Notes under the pieces: model-generated
Databases searched by the model: none
Seen by the model: the letters and a program-made list of their open reading frames with translations, nothing else
What the model was told of the DNA's origin: nothing
Position numbers and translations under genes: made by a program
IMG/VR virus record: IMGVR_UViG_3300033146_004399
Coordinates: 115,367 to 179,366 of that record
DNA from: a virus
DNA length: 64,000 nt
Direction: 5' to 3' (one strand)
In this document: in pieces, positions 9,517 to 18,944 of the stretch
Layout of the letters: each line of letters starts with the position of its first letter
How positions within the stretch are numbered: position 1 is the first letter of the stretch

Positions 9517-9875
9517 TATAATGCTCCTCCATAATATGATTTACCGAAATACCCCATCCCAATATTTGGGGAATTTACATAATTTCTTTTTTCTATATTT
9601 TCTGCTGTTAAGTCTTGAATAACGTAAACGCCAGTTTTTTTAATTTTAACTATTGTATCATTGTCCTCTCCAGCACTCCAATCTAAATTACAATCCAGAA
9701 AAGTGGTTGGCATTTCGGAATCTTGTACTGTTGTAAGGTCATTTAGTACAAGACCATTAAGAGTAGATTCTGCAGCAGCTACATAATCTGCGTCTTCCCA
9801 GTTTACTAATATACCAGGTTTTTGTGGTTTTAAATGTTGAAACTGTATTTTTTTTAAACGATCTAATCGTGTCAT
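9516..9875 (-). CDS. Fibre-associated adaptor protein (paralogue 1)
   Basis: RLKKIQFQ and PTTFLDCNLDWSAG resemble the other two adaptors. Confidence 0.55.
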   Translation of the reverse strand: MTRLDRLKKIQFQHLKPQKPGILVNWEDADYVAAAESTLNGLVLNDLTTVQDSEMPTTFLDCNLDWSAGEDNDTIVKIKKTGVYVIQDLTAENIEKRNYVNSPNIGMGYFGKSYYGGAL

Positions 9876-9890
9876 TTATTACTCCTTTTA

Positions 9891-10388
9891 TTAATTTATC
9901 AAATACATGGACCAGGAGTAGTTGCCATAATAATAGTCACTACTTAAAAGAACTTTTACTTGGTCATCTTTATTAAGTTGAACAATTCCGTTAATTGTGG
10001 CAGCACCATGAATATAAGCATTTGCAGCTATTCCAGTTGTATTAAGACCGGCTTTTACAATTAATTCTGCATTTCCGTTTATTACGAGATACGAAGCACG
10101 GTCTCTTAATATATTTGGTTCGTATGCATTAGTAGCTAATATTACATTAACTTGATATTGCCCTGATAAAGGACATGTCCAAATACTATTTACCATAGTA
10201 TTATGAGAATCAATACTAGCCACAAATGGTACATAAAATGGGTCAGTAATAGATAAAGGCGGTGATTGAGAACAACTACTTACCATAATAACTTTATTTT
10301 TATTAATATCATCCCATAATGATTGTAATTCATTATAATAATAATTTTTATATCGTTGTCCATCTACTGGACTTGTTGGAAATGCCAT
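9891..10388 (-). CDS. Tail-tip protein with C1q-like domain
   Basis: MAFPTSPVDGQ N-terminus; WTCPLSGQYQV and VQLNKDDQV are C1q-type strands. Confidence 0.6.
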   Translation of the reverse strand: MAFPTSPVDGQRYKNYYYNELQSLWDDINKNKVIMVSSCSQSPPLSITDPFYVPFVASIDSHNTMVNSIWTCPLSGQYQVNVILATNAYEPNILRDRASYLVINGNAELIVKAGLNTTGIAANAYIHGAATINGIVQLNKDDQVKVLLSSDYYYGNYSWSMYLIN

Positions 10389-10399
10389 TTAATTACTCC

Positions 10400-10867
10400 T
10401 TAAACTGTTCTTTTCCGTATTCTTACTGTTTGGTTAACTGGCCTAGCTTCTATATCACCAGATGAATTAGTACTATTTCCATAGCTTGATCTATTTAATG
10501 CTACTTCAGTAAAACCATATTCAGTTTTGTTATTTACAATGCCTTGCAAAAATGACATATTTGATAGACTATAGCTGTAACTTTTATTATCGCCACTTTG
10601 TTGGCCATTTTCAAATGTTGATGCATCACCACCTTCTATTCTAATGAAATCTCCGGCATAGGTAGAAGAAACGTTAGTCCACCATCCATACCATTCAGCA
10701 CCAGTTAGGCTTGATTTTCCTGGCAGTTGAGTATAAATAAAGTCTATATTAAAATATTTATCTGGATCTAATTTAATCCAAGCTGTTTTAGCCGTTTCAT
10801 ATATATATTGTTTAAATAATTGTCCGTCTGCTGGACTTGTTGAAAAAGTCATTTCTACTTCCTTCAA
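10400..10867 (-). CDS. Tail-tip protein with baseplate/collar-like C-terminal domain
   Basis: MTFSTSPADGQ N-terminus; FIYTQLPG...GDFIR...EARPVNQTVRIRKRT resembles phage fibre C-terminal domains. Confidence 0.55.
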   Translation of the reverse strand: MKEVEMTFSTSPADGQLFKQYIYETAKTAWIKLDPDKYFNIDFIYTQLPGKSSLTGAEWYGWWTNVSSTYAGDFIRIEGGDASTFENGQQSGDNKSYSYSLSNMSFLQGIVNNKTEYGFTEVALNRSSYGNSTNSSGDIEARPVNQTVRIRKRTV

Positions 10868-11352
10868 TTTACTAAAAATCCCGAAAATGCACCATATCCA
10901 GTTCCATATGTTGGCCCAGGTCCTTCATTAAAGACACCGATAGTATCTGCTGCATTTAAATAAAATGTCATAGACATAGTTGAATAATCATAATCCCAAC
11001 CGTCAAATGCAGTACTATCGCCACCAGCTAATGTATCCCCGGTTATTGCATCTTTGCTTCCATTAATAATCCACCACAATCTATGATAAGTTTCTTCATT
11101 TGATAGACGCATTAATGCGTTAAAAGAAAATGTGTACAATCCACTTACTGGCGCTGTAAACAAACCGGTTGCTTCGCTAAAACAATTGTGTGAATCATGA
11201 ACAACGGAACCCCATATAATAGTATTTTGTGTTGAGGTGATAGCTGGGTGTTTTACTTGAAATCCTAAACTTTTTAATTTGCGCCAAAGACCATTATTAT
11301 ATTCATAATCTTTATAAATTTGTCCATCTACTGGATTTGTTGGAAAAGCCAT
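10864..11352 (-). CDS. Tail-tip protein with C1q domain
   Basis: GLFTAPVSGLYTFSF, YLNAADTI and FSGFLV are C1q signature strands. Confidence 0.75.
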   Translation of the reverse strand: MAFPTNPVDGQIYKDYEYNNGLWRKLKSLGFQVKHPAITSTQNTIIWGSVVHDSHNCFSEATGLFTAPVSGLYTFSFNALMRLSNEETYHRLWWIINGSKDAITGDTLAGGDSTAFDGWDYDYSTMSMTFYLNAADTIGVFNEGPGPTYGTGYGAFSGFLVN

Positions 11353-11533
11353 TTCTACCCCCTAAACTATATTTATCTTTTATTTTATAACCGCTTGTGT
11401 TCATTTTACCTTCAACAAGTCTTTTAACAACTTCTTTCATTGTTATTTCTCTATCTAGAGCCATTTGTTTTAACTCTTTCCAAACAGCTGTGTCTATTCT
11501 TAGACTTTTATAATCATATTCATATTTTTTCAT
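11312..11533 (-). CDS. Ribbon-helix-helix DNA-binding protein
   Basis: KSLRID strand followed by VWKELKQMAL and TMKEVVKRLVE helices; divergent from hsp20. Confidence 0.6.
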   Translation of the reverse strand: MKKYEYDYKSLRIDTAVWKELKQMALDREITMKEVVKRLVEGKMNTSGYKIKDKYSLGGRNGFSNKSSRWTNL

Positions 11534-11608
11534 ACAATATCTTTTGTGTAAAAATATAAAAAAGCAATTTTTTTTTAATATTTTTTAATATTTTTTAAAT
11601 TTATGATT

Positions 11609-11760
11609 TGTGTCATTAAGACACATAAATAGTATTAAAATAATAAAAAAATAATCGTATGTATCGTTTTGACTATGTAAATTATAGTGCGTAGTATCCT
11701 TATGACACAGTGAGCGGTTCCACTATGACACAAAAATTTTTAAAAAGTTAGCATATTTAA
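11609..11760. promoter_or_regulatory. Divergent control region with repeated TGACACA sites
   Basis: Palindrome TGTGTC-ATTAA-GACACA 11609-11625; direct repeats TATGACACA 11701-11709 and 11724-11732; AGCATATTTAA 11750-11760. Confidence 0.5.
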
Positions 11761-11793
11761 TGGCAAAGATAAAAATAAACAAAGGAGAACACT

Positions 11794-12186
11794 ATGGATA
11801 TTTTTGAAACACTAGGCGAAGCAATTGATTACGCAACAGAATTAGAAAAAGGGATTCATAACACTGGAGTATTTAACACTGGAGTATTTAACACTGGTTT
11901 ACACGTAGATGTAGACACAAACGAAGATACTTATACAGTACAAGTTGAATTGCCAGGTCTCGATGAGGAAAACATAGATATTAACTACGAAAAGGATACT
12001 TTAACTGTTAAAGCTTCTTACGGAGAAGGAGGCTTGAGACGTGGAAATTATGAACGTACTTTTCCGCTCAGAGATGTAGACGCAACTAAGATTAATGCTA
12101 CACTTAATAAGGGTGTGTTGAAAATTGTACTTCATAAACTTGAAGAAAAGAAAGCAAGAAAAATAAATATTAATATAGGAGAATAA
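11794..12186 (+). CDS. Small heat-shock protein, Hsp20 family
   Basis: Alpha-crystallin motifs [40 protein letters not shown]; AGGAG RBS. Confidence 0.9.
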   Translation: MDIFETLGEAIDYATELEKGIHNTGVFNTGVFNTGLHVDVDTNEDTYTVQVELPGLDEENIDINYEKDTLTVKASYGEGGLRRGNYERTFPLRDVDATKINATLNKGVLKIVLHKLEEKKARKININIGE

Positions 12187-12188
12187 AA

Positions 12189-12776
12189 ATGAAAAACGTT
12201 TGCATTGGAATTGACCTTGGTACTACAAATTCATGTGTTGCTGTAATGGATGGTAAAGAACCCATCGTGATACAGAATGCTGAAGGCCAAAGAACAACAC
12301 CATCAATAGTTGCATTTACAGCTAAGGGCGAAAAATTAACTGGACAACCAGCGAAGAATCAGATTATTACAAATCCAGAAAATACAATTTATTCTGCTAA
12401 AAGATTTATAGGCAGAAAATTTTCTGAAGTTAAAGAAGAAATTGATATGATTCCTTACAAAGTTGTAAGCGGAAGTGGCTCAAGTGCGCGTATGCTTGTA
12501 CATGATAAAGAAGTATCTCCTCAAGAAATATCAGCAGCAGTCTTACAGAAAATGAAAAAAACAGCAGAAGACTATTTAGGAGAAAAAGTAACTGAAGCCG
12601 TTATTACTGTTCCAGCTTATTTTAATGACGAGCAAAGACAAGCTACAAAAGATGCTGGTAAAATTGCCGGCTTAGAAGTTAAAAGAATAGTTAATGAGCC
12701 TACGGCAGCAGCTTTGTCATATGGCTTTGACAGTATGAACAAAGAAGAGAAGGTTGCAGTTTTCGATCTCGGTGGT
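12189..12776 (+). CDS. dnaK: DnaK (Hsp70) exon 1, codons 1-196
   Basis: [37 protein letters not shown]; ends in VFDLGG. Confidence 0.97.
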
Positions 12777-13886
12777 AAATAATACTGCTTCCGTAAATGC
12801 CGTGAACTGCTGGAAAGTCCTTAGAGCTTAAATAACTACAACGTAATCAGTAATGATAAGCGTGAATGTTAAAAATATTTAAGATTGGGCAATCAGCATC
12901 CAAGCTGCCTAGAAATAGGTAGAAGGTTCAACGACTAGGTTATGGAGTCCTAACGTAAAGACGAGGACGGTAAAAACCCACGAGTGCGGCAAATTTTAAT
13001 TTTGTTTATAATATACGATCTTTGACATAATGACTAAAGATAAATATATGAAATATTATATTTATAAAACAGTTAATTTATTAAATAATAGATATTATTT
13101 TGGCTGTCATGCTACGGATAATTTGAATGACAATTATTTAGGTTCTGGTAAAATTTTAAAGCGTGCCATTAAAAAATATGGTAAAAATTGTTTTAAAAAA
13201 GAAATAATTGAATTTTGTGATTCTATGACAGATATGTTTCTAAAAGAAGAAAAATTGATAACTATTGATGTTGTTAATGATCCTATAACATATAATTGTT
13301 GTTTAGGTGGTAGAGGTGGATATAGAAATATAAGTGATATTGGCAAAAAATCAATTTCTAATGCTAGAAAAAATAAAGTTGTAATAAAAGAAAATGATGA
13401 TACGTATAAAGTAATAGATAAAGAATTATTTGATAAGAAAAAAATGCATGGCGCCACATATGGTAAAACAACAGCTAGAACAATATCTGGTAAATATATC
13501 GTTGTTACAAATGATGAATTTACTAATAATAGTGAATTAGTTGGTACTACTAAAGGTAAAACAGTAGTTAAAGATATTACTGGTAAAATAAGTGTAGTTG
13601 ATGTAAATGATTATAGAATTAAAACTGGTGAATTGGTTGGAATAACAAAATATTCAAAACAAACACCTGAATCTAATTTAAAAAGAAGTTTAACATTAAC
13701 TGGATATGTAAGAGGCAAACAAAAAATTGTTCGATGCCCACATTGTAATAAAACCGGTGGAATATCTAATATGAAAAGATGGCATTTTGATAACTGTAAA
13801 TATAAACAAAATTAAAATTAAGATATAGTCTGAACTGTATTGAAAGATACAGAGGTTAAGATAAAGAACTTAACGATAACATATTG
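12777..13886 (+). ncRNA. Group I self-splicing intron (IA-like) in dnaK, 1110 nt
   Basis: Exon ends in U and intron ends in G; P GAACTGCTGGAAA 12804-12816, Q AATCAGCATCCAAG 12891-12904, R GTTCAACGACTA 12926-12937, S AAGATATAGTCT 13820-13831; P3 TGCCGT/GCGGCA; perfect 19-bp P8 (12992-13010 with 13801-13819); P9 with GAAA tetraloop; removal restores DLGG|GTFD. Confidence 0.95.
13030..13815 (+). CDS. Intron-encoded GIY-YIG homing endonuclease (Seg-like) in the P8 loop
   Basis: YYIYKTVNLLNNRYYFG...YLGSG...AIKKYG..FKKEIIE; C-terminal CPHC..GG...MKRWHFDNC. Confidence 0.9.
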   Translation: MTKDKYMKYYIYKTVNLLNNRYYFGCHATDNLNDNYLGSGKILKRAIKKYGKNCFKKEIIEFCDSMTDMFLKEEKLITIDVVNDPITYNCCLGGRGGYRNISDIGKKSISNARKNKVVIKENDDTYKVIDKELFDKKKMHGATYGKTTARTISGKYIVVTNDEFTNNSELVGTTKGKTVVKDITGKISVVDVNDYRIKTGELVGITKYSKQTPESNLKRSLTLTGYVRGKQKIVRCPHCNKTGGISNMKRWHFDNCKYKQN

Positions 13887-15149
13887 GGTACATTCGATAT
13901 ATCTATTCTAGAACTTGGAGACGGGGTATTTGAAGTTAAAGCTACAAATGGTGATACCCATCTTGGTGGTGATAATTTTGATCAAAGAATAATTGATTGG
14001 TTGATTGACGGTTTCAAAAAAGATTATGCTATTGACTTATCACAGGATAAGATGGCTTTGCAACGGTTAAAAGAAGGAGCTGAAAAAGCTAAGGTTGAAT
14101 TGTCAACAGCACAAGCTACAAATATCAATCTTCCATTTATAACAGCTGATTCATCAGGGCCTAAGCATCTTCAGGTAGATTTAACACGTGCTAAGTTTGA
14201 ACAGTTGGTTGATGACCTTGTACAAAGGACTAAACAACCATGTCTTAATGCGATTAAAGACTCTGGTTTTAAAGTAGAAGATATCGATGAAGTTATTTTA
14301 GTTGGAGGTTCGACTCGTATTCCAGCGGTTCAGGAAATAGTAAAAGAAATTTTTAAGAAAGAACCTAACAAAAGTGTTAACCCGGATGAAGTAGTTGCTC
14401 TCGGAGCTGCTATTCAGGGAGGTGTATTATCGGGTGGTGTTAATGACATCCTCTTACTTGATGTTACTCCCCTTTCTTTGGGTATTGAAACTTTGGGTGG
14501 TGTAATGACTAAGTTAATTGATAGAAATACCACTATTCCAACTAAAAAAAGTCAAACATTTTCGACAGCAGTTGATAACCAACCTGCTGTGTCAATCCAT
14601 GTCCTTCAAGGTGAAAGAAAGGTTGTTAGTCAGAATAGAACATTAGGTAATTTTGATTTAACAGATATACCTCCAGCTCCTAGAGGAGTACCACAAATTG
14701 AAGTTAGTTTTGATATTGATGCTAATGGTATAGTACACGTGTCTGCAAAAGATCTTGGAACAGGAAAGGAGCAAAAAATAAAAATTGAATCTTCATCCGG
14801 TCTTTCAGATGCTGAAATAAATAAAATGGTTAATGACGCTGAAGCTAATGCTGAAGCAGATGAATTAATAGTAGAAAAGATTCAAGTTAAGAATGACGCT
14901 GATAATCTTATTTATTCAACAGAGAAAACTTTGAAGGATTTCGGGGATAAAATTGCGGAAGAAGATAGAATAAATGTTGAAACTGCAATATCGGATCTAA
15001 GAGCTTCCTTAGACGGAGAGTTGGATGAACTTAAAATAAAATTTGAAGCGTTACAGCAAGTCGCACATAAAATTGCAGAAGCTGTATACACTGAAACTAA
15101 TGATGCTACTGAGTCCGAGGATTCAGATTATGAAGTAGTTGACGAATAA
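13887..15149 (+). CDS. dnaK: DnaK (Hsp70) exon 2; spliced product 616 aa
   Basis: [56 protein letters not shown]. Confidence 0.97.
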   Translation, partial: GTFDISILELGDGVFEVKATNGDTHLGGDNFDQRIIDWLIDGFKKDYAIDLSQDKMALQRLKEGAEKAKVELSTAQATNINLPFITADSSGPKHLQVDLTRAKFEQLVDDLVQRTKQPCLNAIKDSGFKVEDIDEVILVGGSTRIPAVQEIVKEIFKKEPNKSVNPDEVVALGAAIQGGVLSGGVNDILLLDVTPLSLGIETLGGVMTKLIDRNTTIPTKKSQTFSTAVDNQPAVSIHVLQGERKVVSQNRTLGNFDLTDIPPAPRGVPQIEVSFDIDANGIVHVSAKDLGTGKEQKIKIESSSGLSDAEINKMVNDAEANAEADELIVEKIQVKNDADNLIYSTEKTLKDFGDKIAEEDRINVETAISDLRASLDGELDELKIKFEALQQVAHKIAEAVYTETNDATESEDSDYEVVDE

Positions 15150-15153
15150 ATGG

Positions 15154-15183
15154 AAAGAGGGAGTTTATACTCCCTCTTTTTTT
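15154..15183 (+). terminator. Intrinsic terminator after dnaK
   Basis: AGAGGGAG-tttata-CTCCCTCT stem followed by a T run. Confidence 0.85.
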
Positions 15184-15224
15184 GTAATTTTATACATTTT
15201 ATACATTTTATATAAGATAATAAT

Positions 15225-15530
15225 ATGGCGCAATATCTTACCTTTCTCATAAATAAAGAAAAAGTTGGAATTAAGTTTTCAAACCAGTATATACTAGAAG
15301 AAACCCTCATCAATAAAGTTGTATCTATTGATGGAGAGGAATATATATCTTATAAAGGAAAAAAGATTAAAGTATATGATACAGGAGTTATATTGTATAA
15401 TATACCACTCAAAAAATTTGATGGAATTGTTTTTGTTAAAATGGATGATAAAACTATAGGGTTTAAAACCGAAGGTTTCTTTAAAAAAATGAATAATGTT
15501 AAAACAGAAATTAAGCCTTTGATATTTTAA
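15225..15530 (+). CDS. CheW-like protein (divergent)
   Basis: QYLTFLIN..., YKGKKIKVYD and IVFVKMDDKTIGF follow the CheW pattern by eye. Confidence 0.4.
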   Translation: MAQYLTFLINKEKVGIKFSNQYILEETLINKVVSIDGEEYISYKGKKIKVYDTGVILYNIPLKKFDGIVFVKMDDKTIGFKTEGFFKKMNNVKTEIKPLIF

Positions 15531-17037
15531 TTCTAATGTTTTGATTGTTAGGCTCTTTAAAACTCCCACCAGGTACAAAATCTATTTTTATATCTTCATT
15601 GAAATGTTCAAATAAAAATTTTAATTCATTCTCTGTATCATATGTTCTAACCTGGATTATATTAGAATTTGCATTAATTAATTTTACTAATTCATTTTTT
15701 ACATCACCAAAATCATTATTTAGAGCATTAATAACTTTAACTCTTATGGGATACGATATTAATCCCCATGCATCTGAACTATGTAAATATATACTATTAT
15801 TTATATAATTTTTAAAATCAACTGGTCTGACATTTAACTTAGCATTTGTATAAAATTTAATTAATTTTTCTTCTAAAATGTCTTTATTATAATATTCAAC
15901 GATTTTTTTATTGATTGGCACATGAGGATTTTTTTGAGTATACAAGCTATCAACTTCCATAAATTTTAATAAGTTAGACATAATATCAGGCATATTATTG
16001 ATAGCAAAATATATAGGAACATATCCTGCAGTAAATTTTGGCCGTTTATTTAAAGTTTTAAACAAATTTACTAATACGTGATTTTCGCCTAAAGTATCTA
16101 TAGCTTGTTGATAATATACACGGGCCATTTTTTTTATACTTGGTGGTGCTCCTGATTTATATTTAGTAGAATACGGAACATCATCTATGTAAAAATCAAC
16201 AAGTTGTTCGCTTGCTGAAGACGGAAACATTATTTCGTTATCTTTATTTTTTGTTATAACTAAGGGCTGTATAATTTCTCCAAAATTTTTATATATTATG
16301 GATTGATCTGCTAGACCTAAATTTAACTGTTTATGTAATTTTGTTCTTTTGATAATTATATTATCTTCAATGTTTGTATAATTATTAGAATCATTTATTA
16401 TATTCATAATTTCAATAATAAATGCTCGTACGTCAGAATCTAATTTTTTAGTTTTCAATTTATGCATTATGTCTTTATATAACGAATCATATGTAAATGA
16501 TTTACCATTTATATCAAAATATTCTGGAGTTAATTGTTTATTAGTTAATTTTTTATCACCACTTTTATTTTCTTTAGTGTGAGTTATAAAAAATAAAAAT
16601 TCACCGGATTTAACTGTGGCATACGGTTTCGATATCATAAACGTTGGGAATGATCCAGATAATTTAATATCGGTAAAATTTATACCTGAAGGTATTATTG
16701 TTACCACTAAATCATCGTATTTTTTATCTTTAGCTAATAATTGTATTAAATATGATAAAACTTCTTCTTTAGATAGTGACTTGACTTCTCCATCCACTTC
16801 ATAATTAAATGAAAACCTTATGTCAGAACCTCCAGCACTTTCAGGTATATCATCTAAACTAGCTGTAAATTTACGCGTTAACTCTGTAGCGATAAAATCA
16901 TATAATTCTAAAATACGTATTCTATCACTATTGCTTAATTGCTTCCAACGTTTTTTGCCTGGAGTTTTTTGTTTTTTTAGTCGTGTACTAATTTCTTCAT
17001 TAATCATTTCATTAATCATTTTATTAATTATGTTCAC
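15511..17037 (-). CDS. Large hypothetical protein, possible PD-(D/E)XK nuclease-like fold
   Basis: FGEIIQP, FPSSASEQLVDFYID, STKYKSG; N-terminal INEMINEE possible protease site. Confidence 0.4.
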   Translation of the reverse strand: MNIINKMINEMINEEISTRLKKQKTPGKKRWKQLSNSDRIRILELYDFIATELTRKFTASLDDIPESAGGSDIRFSFNYEVDGEVKSLSKEEVLSYLIQLLAKDKKYDDLVVTIIPSGINFTDIKLSGSFPTFMISKPYATVKSGEFLFFITHTKENKSGDKKLTNKQLTPEYFDINGKSFTYDSLYKDIMHKLKTKKLDSDVRAFIIEIMNIINDSNNYTNIEDNIIIKRTKLHKQLNLGLADQSIIYKNFGEIIQPLVITKNKDNEIMFPSSASEQLVDFYIDDVPYSTKYKSGAPPSIKKMARVYYQQAIDTLGENHVLVNLFKTLNKRPKFTAGYVPIYFAINNMPDIMSNLLKFMEVDSLYTQKNPHVPINKKIVEYYNKDILEEKLIKFYTNAKLNVRPVDFKNYINNSIYLHSSDAWGLISYPIRVKVINALNNDFGDVKNELVKLINANSNIIQVRTYDTENELKFLFEHFNEDIKIDFVPGGSFKEPNNQNIRIKISKA

Positions 17038-17753
17038 TATTGTACCTTTTTAAATAATCTACTAATAAATTTATATTTAGTCTCTGGATTAAAGTTTAAT
17101 ATTTCCTTACTAGGGATTGCAATGTCATAATCATTGTAGTGTGCACTATTATCAAAAAAGAAAAGATACATATTTTCATCCTTTATTATATTGCTAAAAA
17201 CAGCTGGTATTATAACTTTACTCAACTTTATAGAATATAAACCTCGAAGTCTTGCACTATTCCCATAATTAAAGTCTGGTACTTCATAACTAAATACTAC
17301 AATTTTTGTAGTAGAGCTGCGCATATACGTGTACATTCCCTTTTTTAAAATAGGGTAATATAGATCAAATTTTATATTACCTGACGCAATACCCATTGCT
17401 CTTTCATGTACAAAGCGTATAACATGTTTATTTACATCACATTGATATGGTATAACAGTAAATCTGCCATCATTATTTTTTTCTTTATCCTTAAGATTAA
17501 GTGTTAGTATAACAAATTTATTATCATTTGTATTCCACATAAAAGCAGAAGGCTTGTTATGTTTTTTTATATAATCCCATCTACCTTTCTCTATATCATT
17601 TATAATAAGTATGCATTCTCCGTAATAATCACCTATAACTTTATCATTTAATTTCTGTTTATATAAGATATTAAGAGTATATTTATTAGTATTACTTTTA
17701 GAACTCCGAATTTGATATCCAGGATATTTTTTCTTTATTTCTTTATTAGTCAT
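17037..17753 (-). CDS. Hypothetical protein
   Basis: 238-aa ORF overlapping both neighbours. Confidence 0.6.
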   Translation of the reverse strand: MTNKEIKKKYPGYQIRSSKSNTNKYTLNILYKQKLNDKVIGDYYGECILIINDIEKGRWDYIKKHNKPSAFMWNTNDNKFVILTLNLKDKEKNNDGRFTVIPYQCDVNKHVIRFVHERAMGIASGNIKFDLYYPILKKGMYTYMRSSTTKIVVFSYEVPDFNYGNSARLRGLYSIKLSKVIIPAVFSNIIKDENMYLFFFDNSAHYNDYDIAIPSKEILNFNPETKYKFISRLFKKVQ

Positions 17754-18664
17754 AATTCCTCAGATAATTTCTTCATCAATGAAAAAGACAAAGTTAGATT
17801 TTCATTAAAAAGTTCAGCAACTACATCAGGGAGGTCATAACCTGGCCTTGGAGCTAAAGCATCTCTGACATATGCTGCAATACGAAGAAGAGTCTGTTTA
17901 TCAAAAGATTTAACAACTTTTTCCCATATGAATTCGAAGGGTTGTTTCATATCAGAAACAGACCATTTTTGGCCTGTCGCCATAGTTAGAAAATCTGCAA
18001 CACCTTGGGGTGTTGTTACTACGGGCTTGTCACTCTTAATTTGTCTTTCTCTCTCTTGACCTTTAAACTTACCACGTTGAGAGATATATTTACTTCTCTT
18101 CTTAGTCCATAAACCAGTACCCCAATTGATAACATGCGTTTGGATGGAACCATCATCGAGAGCTTTTTCTTCTGCATATCGTATAGTTGCTGCGAGAAGG
18201 ACTTTAGCATGGTGAGCAGAAAATTCAGTCTCTTCTGCACCAGGAGAATAGTAGGCGAAGTCTAACCAATCGGGATCACCAAACATTAAATCTATTTGAG
18301 CCTTTTTAACTCTTCCGTTTTCATCTTTAACTTTTTCACCATTTTTATCATATTGCGGAAAGCCTGTCCATATTTGATCAAAACCTTTACCAACTTTATA
18401 CATCACACCTAGGTCTTCTAATTTTTCTGCAACTTCATCTATAGTCAAATCGGTATCAAAACCTAGATCAATATCACCTGATGTTGGTTTTTTCCCAGCT
18501 GAACCAAGAATTTGATATCCTCTGTGGGGGATATGTGTAAGTACTTGCTCAACATATTTTTTAAGAGTAGAATGGATATGTTCTTTGTTAATTCTATCTG
18601 ATTGCATGGCAACGCCACCCATTTCGTTTAGAGTATTATTCAAAAATTGTTCAAAATTTGTCAT
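17750..18664 (-). CDS. Pol-beta superfamily nucleotidyltransferase
   Basis: LGSAGKK..SGDIDL (GS...DxD) with a third Asp in QIDLM. Confidence 0.8.
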   Translation of the reverse strand: MTNFEQFLNNTLNEMGGVAMQSDRINKEHIHSTLKKYVEQVLTHIPHRGYQILGSAGKKPTSGDIDLGFDTDLTIDEVAEKLEDLGVMYKVGKGFDQIWTGFPQYDKNGEKVKDENGRVKKAQIDLMFGDPDWLDFAYYSPGAEETEFSAHHAKVLLAATIRYAEEKALDDGSIQTHVINWGTGLWTKKRSKYISQRGKFKGQERERQIKSDKPVVTTPQGVADFLTMATGQKWSVSDMKQPFEFIWEKVVKSFDKQTLLRIAAYVRDALAPRPGYDLPDVVAELFNENLTLSFSLMKKLSEEL

Positions 18665-18676
18665 TATTTTACTCCT

Positions 18677-18943
18677 TTAAAAGTACTACGAATATTTTGC
18701 CATACCATATATTTCATTATAGATATTAAAATCACTCATATCTATTTCAGGTTTATCCTCTGGATAGAATACAAAAAATTCTTCCTTCCCATCGAAACCG
18801 TTATACTGAGGTTTTTTTAGATCAAGCGTTCCTAACAATTGAACTTTATAAAACCCCATAGCATCTTCATCACCTTGTTACATTCCCCGAGCAATAAATA
18901 TATATAGGATATCATCAAGTGATTCATAGGTTACATATTTCAT
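18677..18943 (-). pseudogene. Interrupted small ORF
   Basis: Continuous frame from ATG 18943 with an internal TAA at 18878-18880, then TAG 18686-18688 and TAA 18677-18679. Confidence 0.5.
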
Positions 18944-18944
18944 A

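Noticed and set aside
5891-11352. Diversity-generating retroelement or invertase shufflon acting on the tip genes
   Set aside because: No reverse transcriptase, no TR/VR pair differing only at adenines, no recombinase or inverted crossover sites in the window
11749-11775. CIRCE element upstream of hsp20-dnaK
   Set aside because: Only TTAGCA matches; the right arm GAGTGCTAA is absent
12777-13886. dnaK as a pseudogene disrupted by an endonuclease insertion
   Set aside because: Complete group I core and exact restoration of DLGGGTFD indicate a spliceable intron
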